Shown: one piece after another, positions 38,476 to 52,637 of the stretch
Layout of the letters: each line of letters opens with the position of its first letter
Numbering within the stretch: position 1 is the stretch's first letter
NCBI RefSeq assembly: GCF_026210795.1
Contig: NC_089432.1
Span: forward strand, 1,178,001-1,242,000
DNA length: 64,000 nucleotides
Origin: Rhizophagus irregularis
Taxonomy: Eukaryota
Direction of reading: 5' to 3'
Made by a program: the position numbers and the translations under genes
Notes under the pieces: model-generated
What the model was told of the DNA's origin: nothing
The model's input: only the letters and a program-made list of their open reading frames with translations
Databases searched by the model: none

Positions 38476-38677
38476 AATTGTCCGAAGCGTTAGCGAAAGA
38501 CTATTTACTGTACTGACCCCCGTTTTTGTCCCTGTCACAATCGACAATTTTATTTCCTTTTTTTGAATATATATCACGATTTATGTAACACTATCTATTT
38601 GGCCCCATGACACGTAGGTCATGTAACATTTGCGAGTTATGCAACGCGAAGGACTAAACGGTTTCCGTTTTCCTAGT
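38476..38677 (+). mobile_element. Short Helitron/Helentron-like (HINE-type) element
   Basis: 5' ATTGTCCGAAGCGTTAGCGAA; 3' hairpin AAACGG-TTT-CCGTTT followed by CTAG-T. Same two ends at 58547-58708. Confidence 0.55.
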
Positions 38678-38802
38678 AGTATATAAAGTAATAATAATAT
38701 AATTTAATATTTTTCTTACGATTGATTCATTATGTTTAAATAAAATAATATAAAACTTTAATAAATTCTTTAATTAAAAAAATAAAGTTAAATAAGTGTA
38801 AC

Positions 38803-41800
38803 TTACTTTGTAAAATCTATAACTTCTACTGACGTATTGTAATCATCATCATATTTTGAAACTTCTTTTGTAAATGGATTAAGTAGTCGAGAAGTATAAA
38901 AAGCTTGTGGATGAGTAGTTGATCGGTTATCTTTAATTGATATAAGATTTGTTTTTCTATATTCTTCTGCTTTTTCAAATTGTATCTTAATCTCTTCATT
39001 ATGATCTGACTCAAATAATTTGATCAATTCTTTTATTTCATCAGCACTTGGTCTATTATCTGGATTCGGACTCCAACACCTTTTCATTAGGTCAATATAA
39101 CACTTTGGCGCTTCTAGTTCATTTATTTCAGGTAATTCCATTACATATCATTGATGCTAAAATACTATCGTGAGCGCAATTGGCAAAAGGTTGTTTTGTA
39201 GTTGCTATAAAATACATAATCATACCAAAACTATATATATCCGCTGCTTGAGTATAAGGTTTTCCTTTCAGTACTTCAGGTGCTACAAAAGGCATAACAC
39301 CATAAATTTTTGTTTCATCTATATTACTAATTTCTTCACATGATCCCATATCTGAAACATATATATTACCAATATAATTTTCAGATTCAATACTATAATA
39401 ATCAATAAATGATAATAATATATTTCCAGTATGAAAATTATGGTGAACTATTTTATTTTTATGAAATTTTTTAAGACCTTTAATAATATGTTTTAATGCT
39501 TTTAATTTTTCAGACCAAAACCAATTTATAATATCATTATTAATATAATTATTAAAACTTCCACCCTTTGCATATTTAAGAACTATAATATAATCCTTTG
39601 TATTAGGATTTTGAGATATCCCATATATTTTGAGAATATAATCATCTTCATTAAGAGAGTATTTTTTAATCTATTAAATATAAAAAGTTTTTTTATTGTA
39701 AAAGATTAATTAATTTAAGGAAAATTTCTTACCTCATTTAAAAATTCACTAGTAATATTTTGTGAATTATGCACACATTTTAAAGCAACTTCTTTATTAA
39801 CCATCTTTTCATACTTCATTTTACCGTACATATATTTTAATGGACCATCCTTCCATATTGCTGAATATACTGTAGCAAAACCACCTTTTCCTATTTCTTT
39901 AATATGATTAAATTGATTATATGGTAACCACTCAATTATCATATCTCCACATTTATTAATTTTTAATTGCATTTCTTGAATTAAATTATCAATTCTCTCA
40001 TTTCCACTAGTCCAATTTATAAAATTTTCTTTTATATTATTTACTTGACATAACTTGCACCATCTTTCATTACCTGTATATATCTCATTACAGTTTTTAC
40101 AATAATGATCTTGAAATAATACTATAATATAATTTTTTGTATCTGGATTTTCGGATATTCCATATATTTTATTAGGATACGATTTAACCTATTAAAACAA
40201 AAAATATATAAAATGTTATTGTAAATTGAATTACATAGAATTAAAATTTTTATACTGATCTCATTTAAATATTTATTGATAATATTTTGTGAATTATATA
40301 AACACTTTAAAGTAACTTCTTTATTGGGCATATTTTTCCATTTCATTACATCTTTATCATACTTTAATGGCCCATCTATCCACATTGCTGAATATAGTAT
40401 ACCAGAATTACTTTTGTTTATTTCTTTAATATTAATAAACTGATTATATGGTATCCATTCAAATAAATTATTATTATTATTATACCGTATTCTTTTATAC
40501 AAATATTTATTATTCAATTGTATTTCTTGAATAAATTCATCAATTTTTTCATTACCACTGGTCAAGCTTGCAAAATTTTGTTTTAAATTATTTACTTGAC
40601 ATGGTTCACACCATCTAAAATCTATATGTGTATATACTTTACTACAGTATTTACAATAGCTTTCTTGAAGTATCATAATATAATCTTTTGTATCTAGATT
40701 TTGGGTTATTCCATATATTGTTGGAATATTTTTTTTATCATCGTTAATAGTATGTAATTTAGCCTGTTAAAATATATTTATATGTGAATTATTATATTAA
40801 AAAATATATATATACAGTATATATATTTTAAAAATTAAATTACAATAGAAATTATTTAATTTCATACCTCATTTAAGAATTCATTGATAGTATTTTGTGA
40901 ATTATATAAATACTTTAAATCAACTTTCTTATTAGGTACTCTTTTCCATTCCTTTTTATAATATGCATCATATTCTAATGGACCATCCATCCATATTGCT
41001 GAATGTATTGTAGTAGAATCAACTTTGCATATTTCTTTGATATCATTAAGCTGATTATAAGGTACCCATTCAAAAAATATATTTGACATACTTATACCTT
41101 TGTTAATTTTTATTAATTGCATTTCTTGAATGAAATCATCGATTTTTTCATTTTCACTGCTCTGATTTGTAAAATTATTTATTAAGCAACATAGACAAAC
41201 TTTATACTTTGAGTTTGTATATATTTTACCACAATAATTACAATAACTATCTTTAAGTATCATAATATAATCTTTTGTTTCTGGATTTTGGGATATTCCA
41301 TATATTTTAAGAATATCGTCATTGTGTATATTTATAGTATATGACCTAGCCTATTAATAAAACATATATACATATCATATATACATGTACATGAAAATAA
41401 AGTAATTATAATAAAAAGTTACTTTTTTTAAAAAAAAAAACTTTAAATTTTTCATACCTCATTTAAAAATTCATTGGTAACATGATTTGAATTATATAAA
41501 CACTTTAAAGCAACTTTTTTATTAGGTACTCTTTTCCATTCCCTTTTATAACATGCATCATATTTTAATGGAACATCCATCCATATTGCTAAAAATATTG
41601 CAATAGAATCATCTCTACCTATTTCTTTGATATCTTTAAACTGATTATATGGTATCCATTCAACTATTATATTATCAAATTGATTAAATTTTAATCGCAT
41701 TTCTTGAATTAATTCATCAATTTTTTCGTTTCCACTGGTACAGTTTTTAAAATTATGTCTTATATTATTTATTTGGCATGGTTTACACCATTTCCAATGT

Positions 41801-41856
41801 CTCAATGTATAAAAATTATCACAGTGTTTACATAAAACATCGTCTTGAGATGACAT
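38803..41856 (-). pseudogene. Disrupted TKL-like kinase with four tandem Cys-motif/N-lobe modules
   Basis: Four modules CxxC..CxxC..SxNExIDxxIQE..EWxPYNQ..W.DG/VPL..VxLK..LNE, each ending at an intron, then a C-lobe. The catalytic loop reads HHNFHTGN, a frameshift occurs near 39135 (ICNGI/PEINE) and the third donor site is AT (40259-40258). Confidence 0.8.
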
Positions 41857-42038
41857 GATTTTAAATTTTTTTCAAAAAAAAATTTAAAAAAAAAAATTAT
41901 AACAATTACGCAAATTTCATGTGATTATACCAATTTACTAATTTCACCCAAGTTCTGATTGGTCAATCAAATGTTTGAAATCTACGCCATATGAATATAT
42001 ATGTGGTAAGTAGTAACGTAGATTGGCTAAGTGCGTAA

Positions 42039-42752
42039 TGTAACATCTAAGCCCGTGATAAATCACGTTGCCACCTTAGATATTAACAAAATAACTCTTT
42101 ATTAATAATATAAATACATGCAACGATATGCTTGGTTTAATAATGTTAAATAATAAATAAATAAATAATATTAAAAATTTATAACTTCGAATTTTGACTC
42201 TAGAATTGTAACTTCTTCTTTTTAAAGGTTACATTATTACCACTATTTATGTTTATTTTATGTTTCACGAAATTCATAATTTAATTTCATGGATTTCGAC
42301 TTCGAAAGTTTCCATTAGATTATCTTTTGGACTTTTGAGATCCATGAATTTTTAATCCTTAATTATTTCCATCCATGATCATCATTAACTCCTTAATTGT
42401 GAAACCATATTATTTCATCATTAACGTCTTGATCTACAAATTAATCACCTGACGTCTTAATTCACCTGATTTAATGATCTACTATTTAACGTCATTTCGT
42501 CATTTCGAATATTAAATTATCCTCAAAATTAATAACCAATAGTTTAACGTCATTGCGGACCAATTATCATTCTTTCACATGACTAATAGTTTAACGTCCA
42601 ATAATTATCCTTAACTCACATGAATGTTAGTTTAACGTCATCCTGGACATTAATTAAAAATACAATTTTAAACTAAAATTTTATATACTAAGATTAAATA
42701 TAATACTGCGTCCCACAATTAATAAATTTACTAGGTATACTACGGCATTACA
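42039..42752 (-). mobile_element. TGT..ACA element with 4-bp TSD (solo LTR or Ginger-type), long copy
   Basis: TGTAACATCTAAGCCCGTGATAAATCACGTTGCCACC...TACGGCATTACA with GTAA on both sides; internal TTTAACGTCA repeats. Confidence 0.82.
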
Positions 42753-43119
42753 GTAACGACGTATAACGACGTAACGTAAGTTAGCTAAAATTATGTATTA
42801 TCTACGTTACTCCCCTTATTTAATTAATTAAGCATGTGATGCACTCAAATAATTATCTTATAGAATAATTTATAGTTTGAATGTTACATTTTACATTGTT
42901 ATAATTATATCAATTTTTTTTTATGGAGTTTTATACAATAATATAGCTTTAAAGCATAAGAGAATTATAATTTTATTATTTGAGTTAATTTCTATCTTAA
43001 TATAAAATTAAAAAATTCATAATACAAAATAAAAAAATTATGCAAAACAAAAAGAAGCCGAATTAGCAATATTGAATTTCTCCCAAGAAAATGAATTTTC
43101 TCTACTGGTTCTTTATCAT

Positions 43120-44790
43120 TTAAACATGAATCACCTGAAATACCTCATAATCTTTAAATTGAAAGGCACCCGGTTTATTTCTTAGTTTAATCTCGTAAGA
43201 ACCCTGCCTATGATATCCAGAATTTTTCAAAGGCTGATGAAAAACGGTATGATATTTTAAATGTGCTGCATCAGGCGTAATCCACAAGTCGGTCGTACCA
43301 AAACACGGACCACATTCGTGACAGTTATGAACAGAATTCAAAACGTTAAATGAACTAATTTTTCCAATATTATTCTCATTATTCATGTTGAACGAAAATA
43401 AAAAGGAATCAGCTTGTTTACTACTATCATTTCTACCATTCAAAGCCATTTTTTGTGAAGAAGCAGAAGATGATGACCCTACTATCAATTCTTCATCAAC
43501 ATCCGTTAATGAATTTTCATCTCCATCATTGAGCAAATCTTTGAATGAATTCTTTGATTTAAAGTCACTACTACTTTCATTATTTCCCCAAGAAATAGGG
43601 TTATAGCCACCAATAATTTCACCTGGAAGATTAGTTTTAACTAATATAACGGTAGCGCCTTTGTTGTCACAATATTCATGAAACATCTCGACTGAATTAC
43701 CATTTCTTTTTGTACTATATAAAAGATTAAATTTAAATTCCCATTCAAGGTTTATTAATTTCTCTTGTGTATCATTTTCAATCCAACATGAAATTATTTC
43801 AGCCTGTTCTGATGTAATAAAGTCCGAATCAATCGTTCGAACTTTTCTTAATGGTAATAAAAGGTAATTTGTTGGTGAATTTCCTTTTAAATAATATTCA
43901 AGTAACTTATTAACAAGCTCTTCTGGTAAAACTTTACTAAATTCATAAACATAATCAAAATATTTACTACTTGATATCTGAAAGAATCGAATAAATGGGA
44001 TGAATGGTTTTAAAGTCTTTTTAAAACATTCAATTTCTTGAACCGACCATAGAGTTACTTTTTTTTCGTTAAGATCAGCATTTTTTACAAATGCCCAGTC
44101 GAGTACAGCATTCCAAACATGAAATTCTTCAATTGATAGATCATCTATTTGTAAAAACTTGATCAATTGCTCTTCAGAAAATTTATTGAAATGATCCAAA
44201 TTAAGAAACCATTTCGTATTTTTACAGATCAAATCGATAACTAATGATTGTAGTTGTTGAGATTCTTCGTTATCAAATGCTTCAGTAAAAATATTTTCAT
44301 AGATCCAACTTGATCGATCTTCGATAAGGTACGATTGAAGATATTCGACCATGTCAGTTAGTTTGAAACGTTTAGCAGCTTTCATCAAGTTCAATAAAGA
44401 TAATGAACTCATGGTTAAAACATTAATTTCGTTACTATAGATAAAACTAGGATGGAAAATGAAATAATAATTATTTAATTTATTCTAAATGTTAAATAAA
44501 TAATGAGAGAAAATTATTAATAGCTACCTTAAGATTCTATCAAATATATCAAAAGTATATTCGGGAAATTTAAATTGATAACGATCATATTTATCAAATT
44601 CTTCATTTTCATCCATAGAATGTAATTTATTATGAAAGTAAACAGATCTAACTTTCAAAACAAAAGAATGACCAATCATTCTTTTAGAAGGTTTCCGGCC
44701 TACGATAAAAACAACATCATAATCAATATTATTTTTACGTATTTGGCTTATATCTTGGATGAATTTTTTATCTGAAGGTAATGGAATCAT
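43120..44790 (-). CDS. BTB/POZ-BACK-TLDc domain protein, 529 aa, 2 exons
   Basis: Exons 44790-44528 and 44446-43120 join in frame. BTB (YDVVFIVG..HSFVLKVRSVYF), BACK (LQIDDLSIEEFHVWNAVLDWA) and TLDc (FHEYCDNKGAT..IIGGYNP..GPCFG..DYEVFQV). Confidence 0.92.
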
Positions 44791-46662
44791 TGTTTATAAT
44801 GTTAAAAGTGTAAGAAAGTGGGAATTTATAAAATTTATTTTCCTTTTTATTTTATTTTTTTTTCCACTGACGGACGTGTGAAAAGAAAAAAAGAAAAAAA
44901 GAAAAAAATTAAAATAGTATTTATTTACGCAAATTATAATTATTATTATGTCATTCAATTTCACATTTTTTTTTTGTAAAAAAAAAAAGTATTATTAATC
45001 TAATGATCATTACATTTCAAGATAATTAATATACAAGTGGCGTGAAAAACAGTTGCAATTACAATTATTATGTAGTACAAAAAAAGTTTATATTAACTAT
45101 TTTTTTTAGGATTTTTACATATAATGACATAATTAAAAATCAAAGAATAGAAAGTTGAACTAGTGTTAATTTATTTATACACTATACTTATAAATAATAC
45201 AATTTTAATACTACTAGTTTATCAATCACGATATTTTAACGGGATTTTGTAATTGACGCTTTTTCAAGTTATCAGGCACGAAATTAAGCTTTGAATGATT
45301 AATAACAGAATTATGCAATTTTTTCACGTTTTTCAAAAATTTTTCGTTTTTTTTCTTGACTAGAATTATGAATAGGTAATTTTTAGAACGCTAAAAAAGA
45401 ATCCTTAAACATCTTTTAAAATTTGATCTTGTTTATAGTTTAAGGAAATGATGTACGTAAATTATAAACAAAACAATATTCAGTTTCATCACCGCAGCCA
45501 TATTCCTCATTCATTTTCATGATCTATAAATTTCTTTAAACTTCATTTACTGATAAAAGCAAAGTTAAATCATAAAATTATGGGAAATCATAATATCCAT
45601 CTATGATTAATGAACAGGAAAAGGTCAAAATAATGAAATTATTTGGCCTGACAGTACTTACGCATAGAAATACAACGAAAAGTATTGTAGCTTTTCATGA
45701 TTCAAATTCGATTGTTATTTAATTTCCACAAAAAAATCAAGGAAATTCTACGACTTCACAATTTTATTGATTTAGTTGATGACGTTGAGGTTTATACGCT
45801 GGTGTCATTAGAGGTTATATAAATGTCATGATTGCGATAAACTTAATCACCGAATAAGTTTTCAATCTGATAATTTATTAAAATTCAAAAATTATGTACA
45901 GACTTAATGGTGAATTATGATTCTAATAAAAATAAAAAATGATAATTTCAATATCTACTATGGAACTACACGAATATAAATTGTTAATTTTTAACTATTT
46001 CGATATCTAAATAATTAAGCTAAAAACCTATAAAACTAAAAAAATTCTTCTAACACTTCATTCGGTCAGTACTTTATTATCTACAAGCTATTATTTCAAT
46101 CCATACATTAAGTATTATATATACATATTATTGGATGGGGGAGTAGCTATATCGGTCACAGGACCGATATAGCCCCACATCCAATAAGTGTGTTATCGTT
46201 CTGACGTTTTTGATCATGCATTAATTAATAACATCATAAATAAGCTTTCTATAAATTTCATTTTTAATCCACTTTATAAGCTTTATTTAAACTTTTCCTA
46301 CAAAATATTCATTTACGCCATTTTTTTACTCCACTTTATTATATCAATCATGTGTTATTGCTATGGCTAATAAAAAATATCGGTCTATGAAAATCTGCAT
46401 GATCCTATTGGGCTGAAGGATAACATAATATTGTTAAATAGGATTTTGAGAGAGGCATAAATTAAATGATAAAATATTTGTGATCACTATTTTATTTACA
46501 AAATAAACGATAGATGCCTCTAATCATTCTTTAAATGGATATTAACTACAAATAATTTTTTGATTTTTCTTAAGAATACAGTATTTATCTCAATATTCAG
46601 AAATTTGTGTGACATTTAGATTGCTTGATCTATATCTTTCTCAATCCCTTTGAGATACCAAA

Positions 46663-46768
46663 CTCTATAAAAAAATTCTGGAAAAAACTACGATAAATGA
46701 TCATTTTTCTAGTTTTATTCGAAGAAACTCAGAAACGTGATCATTTTTCTGAAAAATTTTTTATAGGG
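46663..46768. mobile_element. CCCTA-family mini-MITE (106 bp), TSD AAA
   Basis: CTCTATAAAAAAATTCTGG...TTTTTTATAGGG; homologous to 55911-56024. Confidence 0.75.
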
Positions 46769-47182
46769 AAACTGGATGCCTTTCCACGTACTGTTAACAT
46801 TAGTTCAAACTTCTATCTCCATAAAACATAAATACTTTACTTAAATATCCTTCTTCTTTTAACCTTTATAACCTTTTAGATATATATATATACATATATA
46901 TCATTTCCATCTATATACATAGCAGCTGAAATGAATAGGGTTTAATGAATTACGCAGTTCTATCCTTTCCCGGTCCGTTAAGAACTTTTAAAAAATCCAG
47001 GTTATATTAGTTGAAAGACGTGAATAAAAGTGTCTTTTAAAAATCATGTAATTTTTCAAATATTACTAAGTAATATTTATATAGTTCATTGGTCATCGTT
47101 TATGTTACTACGACCTCTTCAGGGCCGGAATTATATAATGCTGCCTGGAATTATCCAAATTAACATTGTTTCGAATAATCAG

Positions 47183-47477
47183 TAGCTCTGTTCATTTCTA
47201 GATCGTATCTAATTGACCGAAAAAATGTATAACCAATCAGATCACAGTTACAATTGAGCACAATTTTTGATTGATCGGGTTATATATCCATAATAGCTTA
47301 TAGGGCAAAAAAACAGGTTGATGTGTTGTTTATTATGTTTATTATAAAATCGATCAGGGGAAAACAATTTTTGTAGATCGGCTTGGCTGACCGCTGACCG
47401 CTGACCGCATCAGTAATCAAATTATTTAAGGGTACAATTTGCGACCAATCCGGTCAGATCTAGAATTGAACAGGCTA
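47183..47477. mobile_element. MITE with TAGC..TGTTCA TIRs
   Basis: TAGCTCTGTTCATTTCTAGATC vs (reverse complement) TAGCCTGTTCAATTCTAGATC. No TSD found. Confidence 0.5.
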
Positions 47478-50400
47478 GTGATGGAAATTGGATCCGCGCA
47501 GTTGGCGCAGCGTACATTGTTTTAAATTTCCGCGCATGTGATTGAATGTAGATATTTCATAATGACACTTATTTTATATGTAAGAGCTCATATGACTTCA
47601 TAGGTTGCACACAATACTTTTATGAATAATGTGCGCTCCGTGACCTCCGCGTATATAATAATAATCTGAATTTCCAACACTGGACTTTCGATCCGGATAG
47701 AAACCGAAATCCGAATTAATAATATTTTTTTTATAGATTGGAAAAATGCATAAATTAAATGTGACGTTTCATTGTAGATCTTAAATTTAGGAATTCTAAT
47801 TTCGGCCGGCACTATGAATTTTGCCCAAATTATGTTGTATGTATGATTTTTCGAAAAAATGTAAACTTTTTTTTGTCCGTAATCATCAAGATTGTTTAGT
47901 GCACAAAATGGCTTAATATCAATAAGTCAAAATAATAAACCGAATTTTAGAATTGAAACTTAAGAAATGAATAATAATCACGATTGATTGATTTTAAAAA
48001 GTCAATTTTCATTTTTGGAATTGATTTCAATCCTTTATTGAATAAAAATTTAAAAAGAAAACTAATTTCAATATTTAAAAAAAAAAAATTTTTTTTATTT
48101 TTCATTGTCCGGATTCCGGGTCAAATCCGGATATTTTTTAACCGGATATTTATCCGGATATCCGATCCGAATACGAAAATAAATATTATGTCCAAAAAAT
48201 AATATGCTTTGATTAAAAAATAGTTCAAGTATTTCCAAACATAAAATGTAGTTCCGAATTCGATGATACAGCTCTAAATCTCTAATCAGATAATAAATGA
48301 TCTCTTTTTGATAATAATTTACTTTTTTTATATTAGAAATTCAAAATCGAGTCGTAAAGATTTAATTTATTAATAATTCTATTTATTAAATGAAATAATA
48401 TTTCATATAATGATATAAAATATATTTTCTACCAATTTAAAATGTTATCGGATAGTCTTGAAGGGAATTTCCATTAGCACATACTCCATTACTAATAAAT
48501 ATTTCTTTGATTGATCATTTTGACTTTCTAATTTTAAAAGAATACAAATTATTTTATTTTATACTGTTAGAACGAGTTTTGCGTACAATCAGAAAAAAAA
48601 AATGTAAATCTTTCATTTTAGATAATGCGAGCGGAAAGCTACTTCCTTTTAGGACACTGACCGAAGTTATAATAATTCTATCTCTGAAAAAAATGCGTAC
48701 GAATATAGTAAAATTTTTCGGCTTGCTTTTAACTTTATTACAATTATTTCGAGGTCATATCCTGTTTACGAACAAATTTTTAACATCCATCCACACCTTT
48801 ATCGGTATACCATATAAGCGAATAACATTATATTGACGTTCACGTTGAAGTTCAAGTTGCGATTGTTAACGAAATTAATATTGTATTATAATTTGTTATT
48901 CTTGGTGGCCTGATCAAGTCAAAATATCAGAAATAACGTGACCAATAACGGATATGTCTGACGTAAGCAACTGACGTGCATCTTATGATATTTTATAATA
49001 AAGTGATCACGTCACTAATTATAAAAGTGATCAATAACATACGTAAAAATGTCTAGTGCTAAAAATTAAAAAGATATAATATTTTTCCGAATTTATCCGA
49101 TAAGCTTTTCCGATATGAAAATGTTCGTATTCGTGATGTTTAATTTGTTTTTAGAAAATCAAATTGATCATTTAGATTTTTTTGACGTCAGACGTTACTA
49201 CTGCGGCAGGAAAGTAAAAATTGAACTGATTTTTGGTATAGGTAACGATATTATTTTCTTAGTCACGTGCTATTTTAGTCATAGCTAAAGGTTAGGTTTG
49301 TTTAACGTCATATTTTTGTTTGCTTAATTTTTGGCAGAATTTTTGAAAAGTCGTATGCTATGATTGCAATATTTAATATGAATTTTTTAAAATAAATGAG
49401 CATAACTAGCGAATTTTCATCGGTGAAAGGACATTAGAAATGTATTAAATGCGTGTAGAATACATTATATTAGTTTATTTTAATGCATGGAAAACATCGT
49501 TATACAGATGAACCAGCTGAAACAATTAATAATGTCCTTTATATTTCGTTATAGTTATATATGCCTATTCCTCTTAATGTTATTAAAATTATGAAACACT
49601 ATTTGTATTACAAAATAAGAAAATAGTTTGGAAGTGATCAAATGATTTTCGTAAAAAAAAATAATAAGGCCATAATTAGATTGCTTATTTTTAGCAATTT
49701 AAGCCATATGGCGAGTTTGCTTATTGTTCTTAACAAATCCTTTGGTAGAGCTAGCTATTGTAAAAATTTTGACTTTTCTTGTTATCTATATATATACTGT
49801 ATATATTTATATCTATCTATATATATATATATATTTATATTTATTCACGGTATCTTTATGTAAAACTAGGGGGCAAGGGAAGGACGAAGGATCTGCACCG
49901 CCATAGGTCACATGAAGACCTACCTACTGCGCATGTTACTTCGGAATACTCTTATGTGGCTTTTGGCATTTCCGATATTTTGCCGCAAATACGCAGATCA
50001 AAATTGCCAAGAAACAAAGTATAATACGATATATTTATGTAAAATATATAGTATATATTATATAGTAAATTAAGAATTCGGATACAATGGTATTTCGGAG
50101 CTGGCTATTTCATAATTCCGTTTAACCATATTTCATCATGATCATATGGGTGACCGGAGACCTTCGATTATCTATTTCCCGGTCCCATTTAAGAATATCC
50201 GATATTTAAATTCATTCCATTTTCCATTTTTATAATTTAATATATAATATAATCATTAACTCGGCTTCCCGGAATTTTATTTTAAAATTTAACGTTAACA
50301 GACCACTTCAAGAAATGTTGATCATTTTACACCGGATACATACCGAGAAAAATTTCTTATACCTATAATAAACATTTATAATTTTTTTACTTTCAAAACT

Positions 50401-52637
50401 AATTTTGTCAAATCAGAAAATTTAGAAACAAAGAAATTTGAAAATTTTTTATAAAATGTTACTAAACACAATTATATTGATAAAATATTGCATTTTTTTT
50501 TTTATAAAGAAAAAAATTCTTAATTCTTTATTGTTAAGTTCGGCGTATGTCCGATAAATGAAGATCACCAATAAATATCTCCGAAACGGCAATAAAAATA
50601 TATAACTGCATTTATAATAAATATTCGGTTTTAATATAATAAAAATATTAGTCGAATATTAATATAGATATTTCTCTATCGTTAATTATAAAATTATACA
50701 TGTACGTGTGACTAATATTAACGTTGATACTGATACTATGATTCATCACCCGAATTTTTCTAATTTATTTTAAAAGGCGTTATATAATATAATAAACATA
50801 ATAACATTACAAATAATTAAATAACTATCAATTAGTTTCTAGTAGCCATTCGGACTATCATTTCATCATTTCCTAACGCCTCACGAAATAAATAATTCTT
50901 ATTCATCAAAAAACGTTAATAATAAATAATAATTTGAAATTACGCTGCAAATATTGACCTAAGAATATTCGATGCACATTACAACCGCGAATACCATTAT
51001 ACCATTATCATCATCCTTAACCGCCAGAAGAAGCTTAATTCATAACTTAAAAATATTATTACTGCACGACCGTTGCAAACTTTAAAAAAAAAAAAAATAA
51101 CCTACAACTTAACATACATATAAGTGAAACAAGATCGTAAAAAACTCTAATTAATGCTACACTGAAGTTAATATGTGTTACTTTCTTATCTAAGAACGTT
51201 ATATTTAACTTTCAGGATCGATTATACCTTATAAAAAATTTATTTTTATTACATGCAAATTCGTATCATATTCACGAAGCTTTTACAGAATTTACGAATT
51301 TGCGAATAAAATTTTTACAGGGATGGCTGAAAAGTTTTTTGCGTATACCAAAAAAGCCTTATCCCCCCGTCTTCCAAACATGAAACATCCACGTGATATA
51401 TTTTTTTTTCTAGAACTTTTTTGTTGCTAATAATATAAAATACTTTACCTTGTATGACTAATAAGAAATTTGTCATTATTTCAGATTTTATATAAGTTGC
51501 AATAGATAATATTATTTCTATAAATGCAGGGGTAAATTTACACAGGGTAATCAAACGTGATTAATGACACATTAGTGCTAATCATTACTACGGATTTCTG
51601 TATTGAGGATAGTGAAATCTACAATCTAGATCAACATTCGTATACTCTCAATATATCGAAAATTCGGGTTGCATTCTTTTTATGTCCGTTTGACGAGGTA
51701 TTATAATAGAATTTATAACCCTTAAAGGCCTCATTAAAAGAAATGATTTACAATAAAAGAAATTGGAAACTAAAATGTCCTGAAATTGGATCTATATAAA
51801 ATCCTACGAATCATACGATTTCTTTAAATTTTATGTCCTTAGTCTGATTATGATAAATAGAAAAACTTTTTTAAATCACCGGTCGATTCAAATAAAAATA
51901 AAATAAAATAAAAATTTACTTTGTATTTTATTTTTATAATTTATAATTTTAAATATTTAATAATGAATAGGGAAATTAAGGATCAAGTGACTTGCAGTTA
52001 ATATAGACCGAAAATGATTTTCGTTCATTATTAGATATCCCTTTGATGTTTTGAACGCCGATTTTAATTTAACAATGCATGACCTTTTAAGCCACACTAT
52101 TTCGGGAGATGTAGCGTGATCAACGGTTTGGATTTCTAATTTAGATCAATAAGGGTTCCTATTATGACCCGACAATTTGTATTTAACAATATTAAAGGGT
52201 TAACTCTCGGGAAAGTAACATATATATCCTTCTAGACTACAAAAGTTATTATATATATTTCTTTGTTTAATAATGCATCATTAAGTATTTTCGCTAAAAG
52301 TTATATTAAGTCGGTCCGTATATCAAAATTTGATTCGAAGAACTCTTATTCTAATATGAGAAATAAATTAATAGGTTATTTGAGGGCGTAATGAAGATTT
52401 TTTCTTTTTTTTGAACGCATTAAGGAATCAACAAAATTGATCGGAACAAGTGTAACTTACTTTATCCTTAATCGGACATTTCTATCAAATCGAATGCAAA
52501 TCAAAAGAAAATCTTTCGCGTATAAGATTTTTGTTATAAAAATACCAAATTTTTTCGATGAAATCAAAGAAATCACATCACAACAATTCCTTCCTCCTTT
52601 TAAAAAAATAAAGCCTTTTATTTAAAATCATTTAAAT

